This document shows positions 1-11,467 of a DNA stretch of 64,000 nt, piece after piece. Position 1 is the stretch's first letter, and each line of letters begins with the position of its first letter. The notes below the pieces were generated by a model. It was not told the DNA's origin, searched no databases, and saw only the letters and a list, made by a program, of their open reading frames with translations. Origin of the DNA: Nitrospirota bacterium (GTDB taxonomy: Bacteria; Nitrospirota; UBA9217); the NCBI GenBank assembly GCA_963749655.1, contig CAVVOB010000022.1, positions 64,001 through 128,000 of the forward strand, read 5' to 3'. The translations under genes and the position numbers were made by a program.

Positions 1-590
1 ATCGCGAGAAGCGAAGGGATACTGTGCATACTCGGCAACCACGATGCGGTCGCTGCAGGCCTCGATCAACCGGACAATTTCAATCCTCTGGCCCGGGCCG
101 CTGTCCTCTGGACCCGGGACCAGCTTACTGCAGAGAACAGGGCATTCCTGTCCGGCCTCCCGACAGAGCGCGATTTTCGGGGTTCTTACCTGTTTCACGG
201 CTCCATTCATGACAGGGACCGCTATATCCTGCACCGGAGGATGCTGTAAAGAATTTTCGTTTCTTGTCCGGACTTCCGGGCAACATCAGGACGGGATTTT
301 TCGGCCACACTCACGTCAGGGCAGTGCTCATAGAGCAGGGGGGTGGTATTGCTTCATCACTTGCATTGGATTCGCTGGACCTCCTGTCCGGGCACCGATA
401 CCTGATTAATCCCGGAAGCGTGGGCCAGCCGAGGGACGGAAACCCGCAAGCTTCGTTTCTGATGTTCGACGATCAGGCGCGGCGGGCGGTTTTTTATCGG
501 GTTGCCTATGACATCGGAGCCTGCCAGGAAAAAATCATCCGGGCCGGTCTTCCTCCGAGGCTGGCTGAACGGCTGGAGTGGGGATCGTGA
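1..590 (+). CDS. Metallophosphoesterase family protein (5'-truncated by the window edge, one frameshift near 235-260)
   Basis: Frame 1 from base 1 reads ...ILGNHDA...LFHGS..., and frame 3 continues FFGHTH...INPGSVGQPRDG, which are calcineurin-like phosphoesterase motifs. Confidence 0.85.
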
Positions 591-634
591 GGTCCTTCAG
601 ACCTGACAAGAGAAGGGGTAAGGGGAACCTGCCG

Positions 635-838
635 TCACCTGGCAAGAAGAAGGTAGATAGCGACAGCCCATACAGCGAGGCTCAATGAAAAGCCGTGCAA
701 GAGCCCCCGCATTGCTTCAATCCGATCATCAGGGATGATGGGCGCCTCTTTGCAGTCCCCTGCAGAAGGAGTGTGCGGTCTGCGGAATCTTACCTTGCAT
801 CTTTGTGGCTGCTCTGTTGTCAGCAGTGAAATTCCCAT
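635..838 (-). CDS. Small 67-aa hypothetical protein with a C-terminal transmembrane helix
   Basis: AGGAGG Shine-Dalgarno 7 nt before the ATG, hydrophobic C-terminus (GLLHGFSLSLAVWAVAIYLLLAR), sigma54 motif upstream. Confidence 0.6.
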   Translation of the reverse strand: MGISLLTTEQPQRCKVRFRRPHTPSAGDCKEAPIIPDDRIEAMRGLLHGFSLSLAVWAVAIYLLLAR

Positions 839-888
839 TGTTCGCCTCCTGGTCGTTGTTGAAGGAATTCAATATTTACCGAATAAGT

Positions 889-904
889 TGCAAAGCGGAT
901 GCCA
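889..904 (-). promoter_or_regulatory. Sigma54 (-24/-12) promoter
   Basis: Minus strand TGGCAT-CCGCT-TTGCA matches TGGCAC-N5-TTGCW with exact spacing, about 50 nt upstream of ORF 635-838. Confidence 0.7.
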
Positions 905-1096
905 AACAGTGGTGAAAAATTTGTTTCAATATATTCATGTCTTACACGGCCGAGAATAGACGGTTCGTTCGCCGCGACCGGGTCATTTTCAACAGGTAAT
1001 CCACTTTAGTCAGTCCTATGCGGCCAGTCGATAAGGGTGGAGAAGAGAGCAGGGGGACTTTCAAACAATGCAGAAGCAACTTGAGGAAAGCCGTGA

Positions 1097-3684
1097 TCAG
1101 GCAGGCGTTTCGTCAAGAACGGACCTTATCTTCTGCAGCAGTTCGTCGATGGCGACGGGTTTCTGCAAGAAGTGCGCGTCCTGGCCGACCATCCCTTTGG
1201 TCCGTATGATGTCTCCGGTGTAGCCGCTCGTGAAGATAACTTTGATCCGGGGGTTCACTATCTTTATGGCCTCGTAGACCTCCCGGCCGTTCATCTTCGG
1301 CATGATTACGTCGAGAATGAGCAGGTCTATGCGGTCCCGGTGTTCCATGAATTTTCTGACCGCCTCCGGTCCGTCTGCAGCGTCGATCACCTCGTATCCG
1401 AAATCATCCAGCAGGTCTTTGGTCATGAACCGTACCGTATCGTTGTCCTCGCCGAGCAAAATGGTTTCGGAGCCGCCGGTGACGGCGTCGTGCCGAATAT
1501 CGGGCGCGCTCCGGCCGGCGCTCCGGGGCGCAAGCGGAAGATAGATCGCGAAAGATGTTCCGCGGCCCGGTGTGCTGGATACGGCGATGTAGCCGTCATG
1601 CTGTTTGATGATCCCGTAGACCATGGCAAGGCCGAGGCCGGTGCCTTTGCCGACCTCCTTGGTGGTGAAGAAGGGCTCGAAGATCTTCTCCCGCGTGGCG
1701 TCATCCATGCCCTCGCCCGTGTCGGATACGGTCATCAGGGCGTAGGAGCCCGGCTTCATGCCGCGGTGCGCCCGGGCCTTTTCCGGCGCCACGTTTTCCT
1801 CCCGGGTCTCAATGGTCAGGCTGCCGCCGCGGGGCATCGCGTCCCGTGCATTCGTCGCCAGGTTCATGAGCACCTGTTCCACCTGTACGCTGTCCGCGAT
1901 GACCACCAGGGCGTTGTTTCCCGCGACGGTCCTCAGCTCGATGTCTTCGCCGATCAGCCGGACCAGGAGCTTGTCGGCTTTCCGGACGATCTCATTGAGG
2001 TCCACGGGGCCTGGGTTCATGATCTGTTTCCTGCTGAATGCAAGGAGGCTTCGCGTCAGGCTGGACGCCCGCTCCGATGCGGACAGGATGTGTTCCACAT
2101 AGGCCCGGTGCGGATCGCCGTCGCTCATCCGCCGCCGCAGGATCCCCGCATATCCGACGATCGCCGTCAAAATATTGTTGAAGTCGTGGGCGATGCCCCC
2201 GGCGAGCTGGCCGACGGCCTCCATCTTCTGCGACTGCAGCAGCTGCAGCTCCAGTTTTTTCTGCTCCGTCACGTCGCGGATGATCCCCCGAAATGCGGCG
2301 AGATGTCCTGCCGCGTCCCGCACAGCCGTGCTGGTGATGAGCACGGTCAACATCTCGCCGTTCTTGCGTTTCATGTGCACTTCATAGTCCTTGGCATAGC
2401 CGGTCCGGTCCACAAGATCGACGAACCTGACGCGCTCCTCGGGGTAGACGTAGAGGTCCTGCGTGATGTCCAGGTTGAGCAGCTCTTCTTTTGATGCGTA
2501 TCCGAACAGCTCCACGCCGGCGGGATTGATATCCAGGAACCTGCCCTCCGGCACGCTGATGTAGAAAACGTCCCGCGACTCCTCGAAGAGCGTGCGGAAC
2601 TTTTCCTCCGACTCCTGCAGCGCGAGCTCGGAGCGCCTGCGCTCGGTCACGTCGGCGATGAAGTTGACCGTCGCGGGCTTTCCCTCCCAGGTCGTCACCG
2701 CGCCCCGCGTTTCGACCCACCGGGTGTGATTGCCGCGGGTAATGATCCGCAGGGGATAGGAAAAGGTGGGGGAAGCTCGCCCCGCAGCCGCTTGACATGC
2801 TGCTGCATCACGGCATCCCGGTCATCGGGATGCACGAATTCGAGGAAGGTCCTTCCCGTGAGCTCCTCCCGGTCATAACCGGTTATTGCGGCCAGGTGGG
2901 GATTGACGAACTTCAGGATGCCGTCCTGGGCCACGAGGACCCCTTCTCCCGCGTGCTCTGCGAGCTGGCGGTATTTTTCCTCCGACTCGAGCAGCTCCTG
3001 TCCGGTCTTCCTCCGCTCGGCAAGCACTTTCTTCAGATCGATGATCGCCGCGTTGAGCTGGGCCGTCTGCGCCTTTACTTCTTCAGCGAGGGAAGCCTGC
3101 TGCCTGTCGAGATCATACTGGAGGCCCAGCTCCCGGATGAGGCTCCTCTGGCCCAGATATTTCAGCAGGACAATGGACAGCAGCGAGGTGAATACAAACG
3201 CATTGGCGGCGAAGAACCCGCGAAAATCGGTGATCGTTTCGAACAGTATGATGGGAATCACGAAGATGAGATAGATAATCCCTGCAGCGACCGCATGGAG
3301 CCAGAGCTGCGCCGGGACAAACCCGATGGCGCACAGCCCGAGCAGAATGACGCCCTCATGATAGGGAGACCGGTGGCCTCCGGACCTCAGGATTATGAAC
3401 TCGAGGGCCGCCGACGCGCAGACAAGGGTGATCAGGGCCAGTGCCCGGTCAAAGACGGGGGATATCCCTCGTTGTTGAGCGGCGATCCGTGCAACGCCCA
3501 CGAGGATCGCCGCCATGCCGACGCGCACGGCAAGGAAGGACGAAAAATGTTCGGGGAGGCTGATGTAGTCAAGACATCCGAGCAGGAGAAAAATAACCGC
3601 GCCCCAGCGGCAGGCCTGGATGAGAGACGCGACGAACATCTCGTTCAGCTTTTCGTTGATGTATTTTTCTTTGTCCGCCGTCAT
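1097..3684 (-). CDS. Membrane-bound PAS-PAS hybrid sensor histidine kinase with receiver domain (frameshifted near 2700-2770)
   Basis: ORF 2695-3684 has TM helices plus a PAS domain. ORF 1097-2698 has PAS, the H-box [11 protein letters not shown], HATPase motifs (DTGEG, GTGLGL) and a receiver (LILDVIMP). The break falls within the first PAS domain. Confidence 0.9.
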
Positions 3685-3764
3685 CGTGAAAATAGAGAGC
3701 TTCGGTGATACCCTTTATTCCCGAACCCCATAACGTCCCTTCAAAGATCGCTGAGTCCGCCGTC

Positions 3765-5972
3765 TTATGGATGGATGGTCCCGACCGCGGGCTCCCGGGC
3801 GGAAACCGGCTCCAATGTCGTCAAGGGTTCCCGCGGCGCCAGTTTCGCCATTCCCGTCTTTTTGAGAAAACCGCTCTTTCCCGGCATGAAGACCGTCAAC
3901 GGAGAGTCGAGGACCGGCCATCGACCTTTGACCACATTCTCCGGTTCATTGCCTTCGAAAGCGAGGTAGCTGTACTTGTGATAGTGGGGCAGTTTTCGCG
4001 CCAGGCCGGGCAACGGCGCGGGGCCGTCGGAGGCGATGAAACTGAGGGCCATGCTGTGGTTGCGCGGAAACCGGGACGTCAGCACGAAGGAATGCGCCTT
4101 GACCGGAACCAGGTCGCCGCTGATGCGGACGGATCGGTCCTTTACCGAGACATCGTAGTTGAACAGCGCTTCGAACAGGTCGACCGCGAAGCGGTTCTCC
4201 CATCCCAAAAGCATCACCGACCGGTCCGCGGGAAGGGTTTTCAGGTCGCTGTCGAGTTTCACGTCTACTTCGTCGGGGCCTGCTTGCTTGAGGGCCGCTG
4301 CAAATTCCCGGTACGCTTGCAGCAGGTCCTCGACGGCCCCCGACGGCAGGACGACCAGCATCCGTTTTGCGCCCAGGGCCTGCGACAGCGCGGGTGGCAG
4401 CTCGTCGCGGTCGACCCTGCGGAACAGGTCGTATTCGGGATCGATGTCGAGCCGCAACGGCGTGCCGGATAAGGGGAGATCTACCGTGAGCTCTTTATTA
4501 TTCATTTCCACTACGGTCTGGACCGTCTGTTCCCGCCCCTCGATCGTCACGGCAAGGGGAACCCGCAGCCGGTATGCCTCGCCGGGCTGCTTCTGTTCCA
4601 GGCGGACCTGCAGGACCGCTCCTCCGGCTCCGTTGCTGACGAGAGGCTTCGACACCGCGAGCTGCGGCGCGCCCGTGCGCGTCACCCATTCCCTGAATTC
4701 CTGTTGAAGGTCTTTTCCCGATGTTGCTTCGAACGTCCTACGGAGGTCGTCGAAGGACGCGTATCGGAACCGGTATTGCAGGTAGAACTCGCGGAGGCCC
4801 TTGACGAACGACCCGTCGCCGAGCTCCCGGCGGAGCATGTGAAAGAACATGAGCGACTTGCCGTAGCCGATCGCTTCCGTGGCCGGGTTGTGGCGCGACC
4901 GGAACTGGTCGAGGGGGAAGTCCCAGTTGCCCTGGACGTAGTCCGCGTATTTCTGGAGCGTGGTCATGCGGTATTCTGCGCCCGCGCCCTGCTGTTCCTT
5001 GACGAGATGGTCGGCGAGGTAGGCCGTCAGCCCCTCGGACCAGTTGCCCTTCGCGAAGTCGGGAAACACGCTGTTGCCCCACCAGTTGTGCAGGATCTCG
5101 TGGGGGTAGGAGGAATTGATGATGAAGGGCAGCCTGATGATCCGGGAGCCGAGGAGCGTGAAGGAGGGCATGCCGAAGCCCGATTCCCAGAAGTTCTCCA
5201 CAAGGGCGAACTTTCGGTAGGGATAGGGCCCGATGAGCCTGCTGTACAGGGCAAGATAACCCGCTGTTGCGTCGAGGTACCGGTCGGCCAGTCCCTGGTC
5301 AGGCGTTCGGAGGTAGACCATGGCCTGGGCGAGATCGGCGGTTCTCGAGTATTCGGTGAACCGTGCCGCAACGAGATAGATCTCCTCCTGAGGCTCCGGA
5401 GATTTCCAGCGCACGAGGGTTGCGTTTTCTTTCCGGTCCCGCTTCGTGCGTTCTCCCTGGCTCACCGCGTCCCACGCAGCCGGCAGTTTGATCTCCAGAT
5501 CGAAGGTCACGAAATCGGTCTCGAAGTCGGCGTACCAGCCTGACGAGCCGGACAGGAACACGCCCTCGGATGAAATGAGCCCCGGTGTTTCGTCAATCCC
5601 CTGCGCCTGGGGCCCTCCGCGCCGTTCAAGAGGATGGTCGATCGACCCCTCATACGAAAGGGTGAACGTTCGCGCTTTTGCAGGAAGGAACGCGGTGTAT
5701 TTTTCCAGGGGAACAGCCGCCTGCACGGTCCCCTGCCGGATGATGCGTACGCCGGACGTTGCGCACGCGGGCTTCATGCCGCTGTGAAGCGTGAAGGACG
5801 CTTCCCGGGGAGAGCCGTCCGGCAGCGTAATGGCGTCCTTTGCCGCAATGCGGCCTGTCGCAGGATCGAGGGAAACGGTGAGGCTATGGTGGATATAAGC
5901 GTCCCGGGCAAACGTGGGGAAGGCGATGCAGGTCAGAACGAGACCCAGAACGGCCATTTTTTGATATCTCAT
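3765..5972 (-). CDS. Exported M1-family zinc aminopeptidase
   Basis: HEILH (HExxH) followed by WSEG glutamate, plus signal peptide MRYQKMAVLGLVLTCIAFPTFA. Start moved from 6146 to the ATG at 5972. Confidence 0.85.
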   Translation of the reverse strand: MRYQKMAVLGLVLTCIAFPTFARDAYIHHSLTVSLDPATGRIAAKDAITLPDGSPREASFTLHSGMKPACATSGVRIIRQGTVQAAVPLEKYTAFLPAKARTFTLSYEGSIDHPLERRGGPQAQGIDETPGLISSEGVFLSGSSGWYADFETDFVTFDLEIKLPAAWDAVSQGERTKRDRKENATLVRWKSPEPQEEIYLVAARFTEYSRTADLAQAMVYLRTPDQGLADRYLDATAGYLALYSRLIGPYPYRKFALVENFWESGFGMPSFTLLGSRIIRLPFIINSSYPHEILHNWWGNSVFPDFAKGNWSEGLTAYLADHLVKEQQGAGAEYRMTTLQKYADYVQGNWDFPLDQFRSRHNPATEAIGYGKSLMFFHMLRRELGDGSFVKGLREFYLQYRFRYASFDDLRRTFEATSGKDLQQEFREWVTRTGAPQLAVSKPLVSNGAGGAVLQVRLEQKQPGEAYRLRVPLAVTIEGREQTVQTVVEMNNKELTVDLPLSGTPLRLDIDPEYDLFRRVDRDELPPALSQALGAKRMLVVLPSGAVEDLLQAYREFAAALKQAGPDEVDVKLDSDLKTLPADRSVMLLGWENRFAVDLFEALFNYDVSVKDRSVRISGDLVPVKAHSFVLTSRFPRNHSMALSFIASDGPAPLPGLARKLPHYHKYSYLAFEGNEPENVVKGRWPVLDSPLTVFMPGKSGFLKKTGMAKLAPREPLTTLEPVSAREPAVGTIHP

Positions 5973-6213
5973 GGTGGATTCATTGCTCCCTGGCTGAACG
6001 GATTGCGGCTGCTGGCCCGGCCGCATGGCCGTATGATGACTATCCCAATGATTATATTCTATGCTAAAGAATGGACCGGGTAAAGGAAATTTCGCGTTCA
6101 ACAGCCTCTTGTTTTCAGGAGGAACAACGTCGCATTTGTGGTACAATAATCATGGCTTGCGGCCTCATGGAGATCAGTGGGGCGGCAAGCGCGATCGATG
6201 ACGGAGGCCTGGC

Positions 6214-6738
6214 ATGCGGAACATCATTCTCTTCATTGCAACGAGCCTGGACGGGTACATCTCCCGGCCGGACGGCGGCATCGAGTGGCTCTTTACGGAC
6301 CAGGATTACGGCAATGCTGAGTTCGCTGCCGGCGTGGACACCATCGTGATGGGACGGAAGACCTACGAACAGTCCCTTGCCCTCGGCAACGATCCCTACC
6401 GCGGGAAGGAACTCCTGGTCTTTTCGCGGAGCAGGGCCGGGGCGCGGGATGAGCATGCCCGGTTCGTTGCAGGGAACGAGAAGAGCATTATGGATGATCT
6501 GAGGCTCAGGCAGGGGAGAAACATCTGGCTCGTGGGCGGCGCAGAGCTCGTGCAGGCCTTCATGCAGTACGATCTGATAGACGTGCACATCATCTCCATC
6601 CATCCTATTGTGCTCGGGGGCGGCATTCCCCTGTTCAAGCCGCCGGTCCCGTCGGCAAGGCTGAAGCTTGTGGACTGCACGACCTTCAACAGCGGTCTGG
6701 TGCAGATGACCTATGTCCGCCGGGAGGGAAGACCGTGA
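6214..6738 (+). CDS. Dihydrofolate reductase / RibD C-terminal family protein
   Basis: IATSLDGYI, VMGRKTYE, IWLVGGAEL and PIVLGGGIPLF motifs. Confidence 0.9.
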   Translation: MRNIILFIATSLDGYISRPDGGIEWLFTDQDYGNAEFAAGVDTIVMGRKTYEQSLALGNDPYRGKELLVFSRSRAGARDEHARFVAGNEKSIMDDLRLRQGRNIWLVGGAELVQAFMQYDLIDVHIISIHPIVLGGGIPLFKPPVPSARLKLVDCTTFNSGLVQMTYVRREGRP

Positions 6739-6790
6739 ACCTTTCGGGTCTGTGGACTGCGTGCACAGCATCAACTCCCATCCATGAACC

Positions 6791-9193
6791 ATGAAGTCTG
6801 ATCAGAAGCTCATTTCCGTCGCTCTCCGCGACTTCGCCCTGCCCGCTCCCCGCACGGGCAGCATTGAGACCCATTCCGGGTACGGCCGGTCTTTTGAGGA
6901 AGGCCGGGAGATCCATGTCCGGGTGCAGCGGAAAAGGGCAAAGTCCGATCCTTCCTACGAAGCCGAGGTCCCCGTCACCTGCACATTCGATCGGGAAGGG
7001 TATCGGTTCCGCGTCGACGGCAGGATGGACGGGATCTTTCGGCGCGAGCAGCCCCTGATCGAAGAGATCAAGACAAGCTTCAATATCGGAGATCTTTCCC
7101 GCCGACTTGCTAAGAATCCCGTTGGCCATCCTTACAGCCTGCAACTGTTGACCTACGGTTATTTCCACTGGCTCGCCCACGGCACGGTTCCTGTGCTTTC
7201 ATTTCATCTTGTCTCGACCCGAAGCAGGGAGTCCCTTGACCTGGGGATTCCTCTCGATCTGCCTGCCTACGAACAGTGGCTGGACCTTCGCCTTGCCGAG
7301 CTCGTCGAGGAAACGAAAAAGGCCGAAAAGCGGGCGGCGCGGAGAAGGAAGATCGCGGCACGATTCTCCTTTCCCTTCGAAAGCCCCCGGCCGGGACAGG
7401 TCGAACTCATGCGCACCCTCGAAGAGGGAATGACGGAAAAGAGGCCGATGCTGCTCCAGGCCCCGACCGGCCTCGGCAAGACTGCGGGCGTCCTCGTTCC
7501 CCTGCTCAGAAACGCGCTGGAGCGCGGTCAGCGTACGGTCTATATCACTCCCAAGAACAGCCAGCACCTCGTTGCCGAGGACGCTGTCGAGCGCTTTCAG
7601 GCGCAGGGCATGAAGGTCAAGTCCCTCACGATCACTGCAAAAAGCAAGATCTGCTTTAAAAACGAACCGCTCTGCGACCCCGCTTATTGCGAGTACAGCC
7701 TCGACTATTACGCCAAGCTCCACCGCCATAGCGTCCTGGACAAGCTCGCAAAAAAACGAAAGCTGACGGCTCGCGCATTCCGGGACCTGGGCGAGGAGCA
7801 CGAGGTCTGCCCCTTTGAGCTGCAGCTCGACGGAGCAGAGGAAGCGGACCTCGTTATCTGCGACTACAACTACGTCTTTGCTCCGCGCTCGGCCTTCGGC
7901 AGGATGACGAAGACCGGCATCGACCAGGACGGCTTGCCGAACCTCGTGATCGACGAGGCCCACAACCTTCCCGCCCGCGCCATGGACTACTACTCGCCCT
8001 CGCTTTCGACCGTTGTCCTGGAGCAGATGCGGAGCGGGTTCAGGAGCATGCCCGCCCTCATCCGACATGAGGCCGAAGAACTGCTCGACGGCTGCATCGG
8101 CGCCATCGCCTCGTGCCGGCCGGAAGGCAGCGCTCAACCGTCAAAGATCGACCCGCCGGAGGACCTTTTCCGCGACCAGGATGGAAAACTGCGCTCATTC
8201 CTGTCCCGCTACCTCGACTCCGAGTGCGAGATAGAGCGGGGTGATGCGGTCATGAAGCTCTGTTTCTACTGGTCTGAATTCACCGAAGCTCTGGAGCATG
8301 TAAACAATCCGCTGGTCGAGGAATTCTTCACGACCTTCCATCCCCATCCCGCAGGCGGCATCGTGAAGATCACCTGCTGCGACGCCTCATCCATGTTGAA
8401 GGACTCCTATGACGCGTACGAGCAGGTGGTAGGATTCTCGGCGACGCTGAAGCCCTTCGAGTACTATGCACGGCTTTCCGGCCTCGACGCGGCAACGGTG
8501 AAGACCGCGGAATTCGGCAGCCCCTTCCCGAAAGAGCATCGCAAGCTCCTGGTCATACCGCAGATTTCGACCAAGTATTCGGACCGCGAGCGGAACTACG
8601 GCCGCATCAGCGACGCGATCGCACGGATCGCGGCACAGCGTCAGGGGAATTATTTCGCCTTCTTCCCGAGCTTTGAATTCCTCGAGCGGGTGCTGGCGTT
8701 GTTTCAGGCCCCGCCGGGCTTTACGGTCCTGAAACAGGAGCGGGACATGCGCGTTTCCCGTGTGGAGGAGGTTTTGGACCGGCTCCGTGAAGGAACGGAT
8801 CCGACAATCCTTTTCGCTGTCCAGGGGGGGACGTTCTCCGAAGGCGTGGATTACCCCGGCGACATGGCCATCGGCGCTTTCGTGGTCGGGCCGCCGCTGC
8901 CGACCTTCGATCTCGAACGGGAGGAGATGCGCGCCTATTACGAGAAGCGCTACAGCGCCGGGTTCGACTACGCCTACGCCATTCCGGCCATGGCCAAAGC
9001 GATCCAGGCGGCAGGCAGGGTGATCCGCTCCGAAACCGATCGCGGCCTCATCGTACTCATGGACAGCCGCTTCGTGCAGCCCGGCTTTTCACGCGCCATG
9101 CCGAGCGACTGGTTCGAGACGGACGCGACCGAGCTGGTATCCGAGAGCATCCTGAAGGAAGTTGCAGAGTTCTGGGGGAGACGGACCGCATAA
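6791..9193 (+). CDS. Rad3/XPD/DinG-family Fe-S DNA helicase with an N-terminal PD-(D/E)xK nuclease-like domain
   Basis: Walker A QAPTGLGKT, DEAH box, Fe-S cysteines (KIC..LC..YC...CPFE), motif VI QAAGRVIR. N-terminus has GREIH / GRMDG / IEEIKT / QLLTY. Confidence 0.9.
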   Translation: MKSDQKLISVALRDFALPAPRTGSIETHSGYGRSFEEGREIHVRVQRKRAKSDPSYEAEVPVTCTFDREGYRFRVDGRMDGIFRREQPLIEEIKTSFNIGDLSRRLAKNPVGHPYSLQLLTYGYFHWLAHGTVPVLSFHLVSTRSRESLDLGIPLDLPAYEQWLDLRLAELVEETKKAEKRAARRRKIAARFSFPFESPRPGQVELMRTLEEGMTEKRPMLLQAPTGLGKTAGVLVPLLRNALERGQRTVYITPKNSQHLVAEDAVERFQAQGMKVKSLTITAKSKICFKNEPLCDPAYCEYSLDYYAKLHRHSVLDKLAKKRKLTARAFRDLGEEHEVCPFELQLDGAEEADLVICDYNYVFAPRSAFGRMTKTGIDQDGLPNLVIDEAHNLPARAMDYYSPSLSTVVLEQMRSGFRSMPALIRHEAEELLDGCIGAIASCRPEGSAQPSKIDPPEDLFRDQDGKLRSFLSRYLDSECEIERGDAVMKLCFYWSEFTEALEHVNNPLVEEFFTTFHPHPAGGIVKITCCDASSMLKDSYDAYEQVVGFSATLKPFEYYARLSGLDAATVKTAEFGSPFPKEHRKLLVIPQISTKYSDRERNYGRISDAIARIAAQRQGNYFAFFPSFEFLERVLALFQAPPGFTVLKQERDMRVSRVEEVLDRLREGTDPTILFAVQGGTFSEGVDYPGDMAIGAFVVGPPLPTFDLEREEMRAYYEKRYSAGFDYAYAIPAMAKAIQAAGRVIRSETDRGLIVLMDSRFVQPGFSRAMPSDWFETDATELVSESILKEVAEFWGRRTA

Positions 9194-9359
9194 GAGGAAA
9201 CCCGCCTCGTCAAATAAATCCCTGAATGCTCTTTATTTCCCGGTGAAATTATTTATACTTGAGTCATGAAGGAATGAGCGGGTGTGAACGACGCAAGGAC
9301 GCCGCTCTATCGAATAACACAGGTCGTTTTACATCGGTTTTTCAAAGGCCCTGTAACGC

Positions 9360-11405
9360 ATGCCGAAAATATTGATCGTTGAAGACAGCCAGAAGCTTTC
9401 CGACCTGATCGCCAGATTCCTGAAAAAGAAGGGAATGGATGCCGAAGTCGCAAACGACGGCATCAACGCGGTCAGTTCCTTCCTGGCGGATACCTATGAC
9501 CTCCTGTTCGTGCACCGGGAGCTCCCGAGGATGGACGGCGTTGCTTTTTGCAGAAAAATACGCGAACTGCCGAAGGGGAAAGAAAGTCCCGATCATCATG
9601 ATGAGCGGGTTGCTGAAGCAGCCGGCGGACATCGCGGCCCTCAAGGAGGACCTCCGGCTCTCGGACTTTCTGACAACACCCTTTACCGTCGACATCCTGC
9701 TTTCATCGATCCTGTCCTCGCTCGGCGCCGCCCCTGCCGACGCTCCGCCCCCCCAGGCGCCGCCGCAGCCCCCGGCAGACCAGCAGGTTCGGGCGCTCAA
9801 GGGCAGTCTCGAAAAAATGCCCTTTGAACGGGTACTCTTTTACCTGCTCCAGCATAAAAGGACCGGAGTCCTGACGCTGACCAGGGATTCGGTCAATCGG
9901 ACCTATTTTCTGATCGACGGGGCCGTGACAGACCTGGACTATCGCGCCCGAGGACAGCGACTTCGGAGACTACCTGGCCGGGAGGAAGCTGGTCGAGGCA
10001 GCGGAACTCCGTGAATATAAAGAGCGGCGGAAACAGGATGGGGCCGACTGTCGGGATCTTATTCGTGAAGATGGGATGTCTAACGCCGGCGCAATTCCTT
10101 GAGGAAAACAGGAATTTTCTGCAGGATCGCCTGTTGGAATCGTTCGCCTGGAAGACCGGATCGATCACTTTTGAGCCTTCACCCTCGGCCATGAGCACGT
10201 TTCCGCCTGCGGCCGTGTTCATGCCCGCGCTGTTCTATCTGGGTTTTCACGGGATGCCTTCGCCGCCGCCGTCCGCTCCTTCATAAGCGAAAAAGGAAAG
10301 CTTTTCCCGGTCGAGGACAGCGGAATTCTTCGAGTATCAGAACCATCTTTCCGCGGACGCAGCGGTGACCGAGGCGCTCGATCTTTGTGACGGTCCGAAA
10401 ACCTGCTCGGAGATCCTCGGCTCCACCGATGCCGGAGACAGCGCGGTGCTCCTGTACACCCTGGATTACCTTAAGTGTCTTTCCTACAGCGAAACACCGG
10501 TTAAGACCTCTGTTCCGCCTCCGTTTCCCCTGCGCGAGCGGATGCGCGATGCCTGCGGACGAGAGTCACGGAAAAGTTCGAGGATCTCCGGGGAGAACTG
10601 AACGAGCTGGCAGACGAGGTCGGCTCTTTCGACCCGGCGCTGTTGACCCAGGCGGCGCCTGCCCAGACCGAGGGGCTTTCCGGTCTGGAGGAGGACTTGA
10701 AGCAGAGCTGGGAAGCGCCATCAAGGACAAGAACTATTACGAAATGTTCGGGATGACAGCAGAACAACATTCTCCTTTGACAAACTGAAAAAAGCCTATT
10801 TCGAACTGACGAAAACGTACGGCCCGGAAAAATTCTTCGCCAGCTCGAGCGAAATCATGAGCCTGGCCGGTGAGATGCTGTCCAAGGTTTCGAATGCATA
10901 TGAAACGCTGACGAACGTGGTTTCGAAGGAGAACTACGACGAGCTGTTGGCATCTCAGGAAGAGGTGCCGGAAAAGGTCGACGACAAACAGTTTTACGAG
11001 CAGATCCAGTTCCAGTCGGGGAAAGTGTTCATAGAGCAGAGTCAGTACGACAGCGCGGAGAAGGCCTTCACGAACTGCCTCACCATCGATCCGGAGAAGT
11101 CAGAGTATCTCGCGTACCTGGCCATTGCAATCTACCACAACCCCGCGAACAGGGGGAATCTCGCGGCGATCAAACGCGCGAAGGACCTGGTCAACAAGTC
11201 GCTGCAGAAGGGAAAGCTTTCCGTTGCCTACGCCCTGAAAGGCACGATCTACCTCGATGAAGGCGGCATCAATTTCGCCGAAGCGGAGTTCTTCAAGGCG
11301 CTCAAGCTCAACCCGAACAACAAGACGGCCCTCAAGAAGCTGGAGGTGATCAGGTTGAAACGGGAAGAGGAAAGCAAGGGCCTTTTCCGGAAAATATTCA
11401 AGTAG
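9360..11405 (+). CDS. Receiver-like + DUF4388-like + J-like + TPR multidomain protein (several frameshifts)
   Basis: Fragments in different frames: MPKILIVED receiver start, KGSLEKMPFERVL..RTGVLTL (DUF4388-like), KDKNYYEMFG..KAYFELTKTYGPEK..VSNAYETL (J-like), and a TPR C-terminus at 10857-11405. Confidence 0.7.
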
Positions 11406-11467
11406 GCGGGAAATGACAGTTCAGGGCTCTGAGCTGGAGGTTACTGGATTCCACTGCCTGCTGCGGA

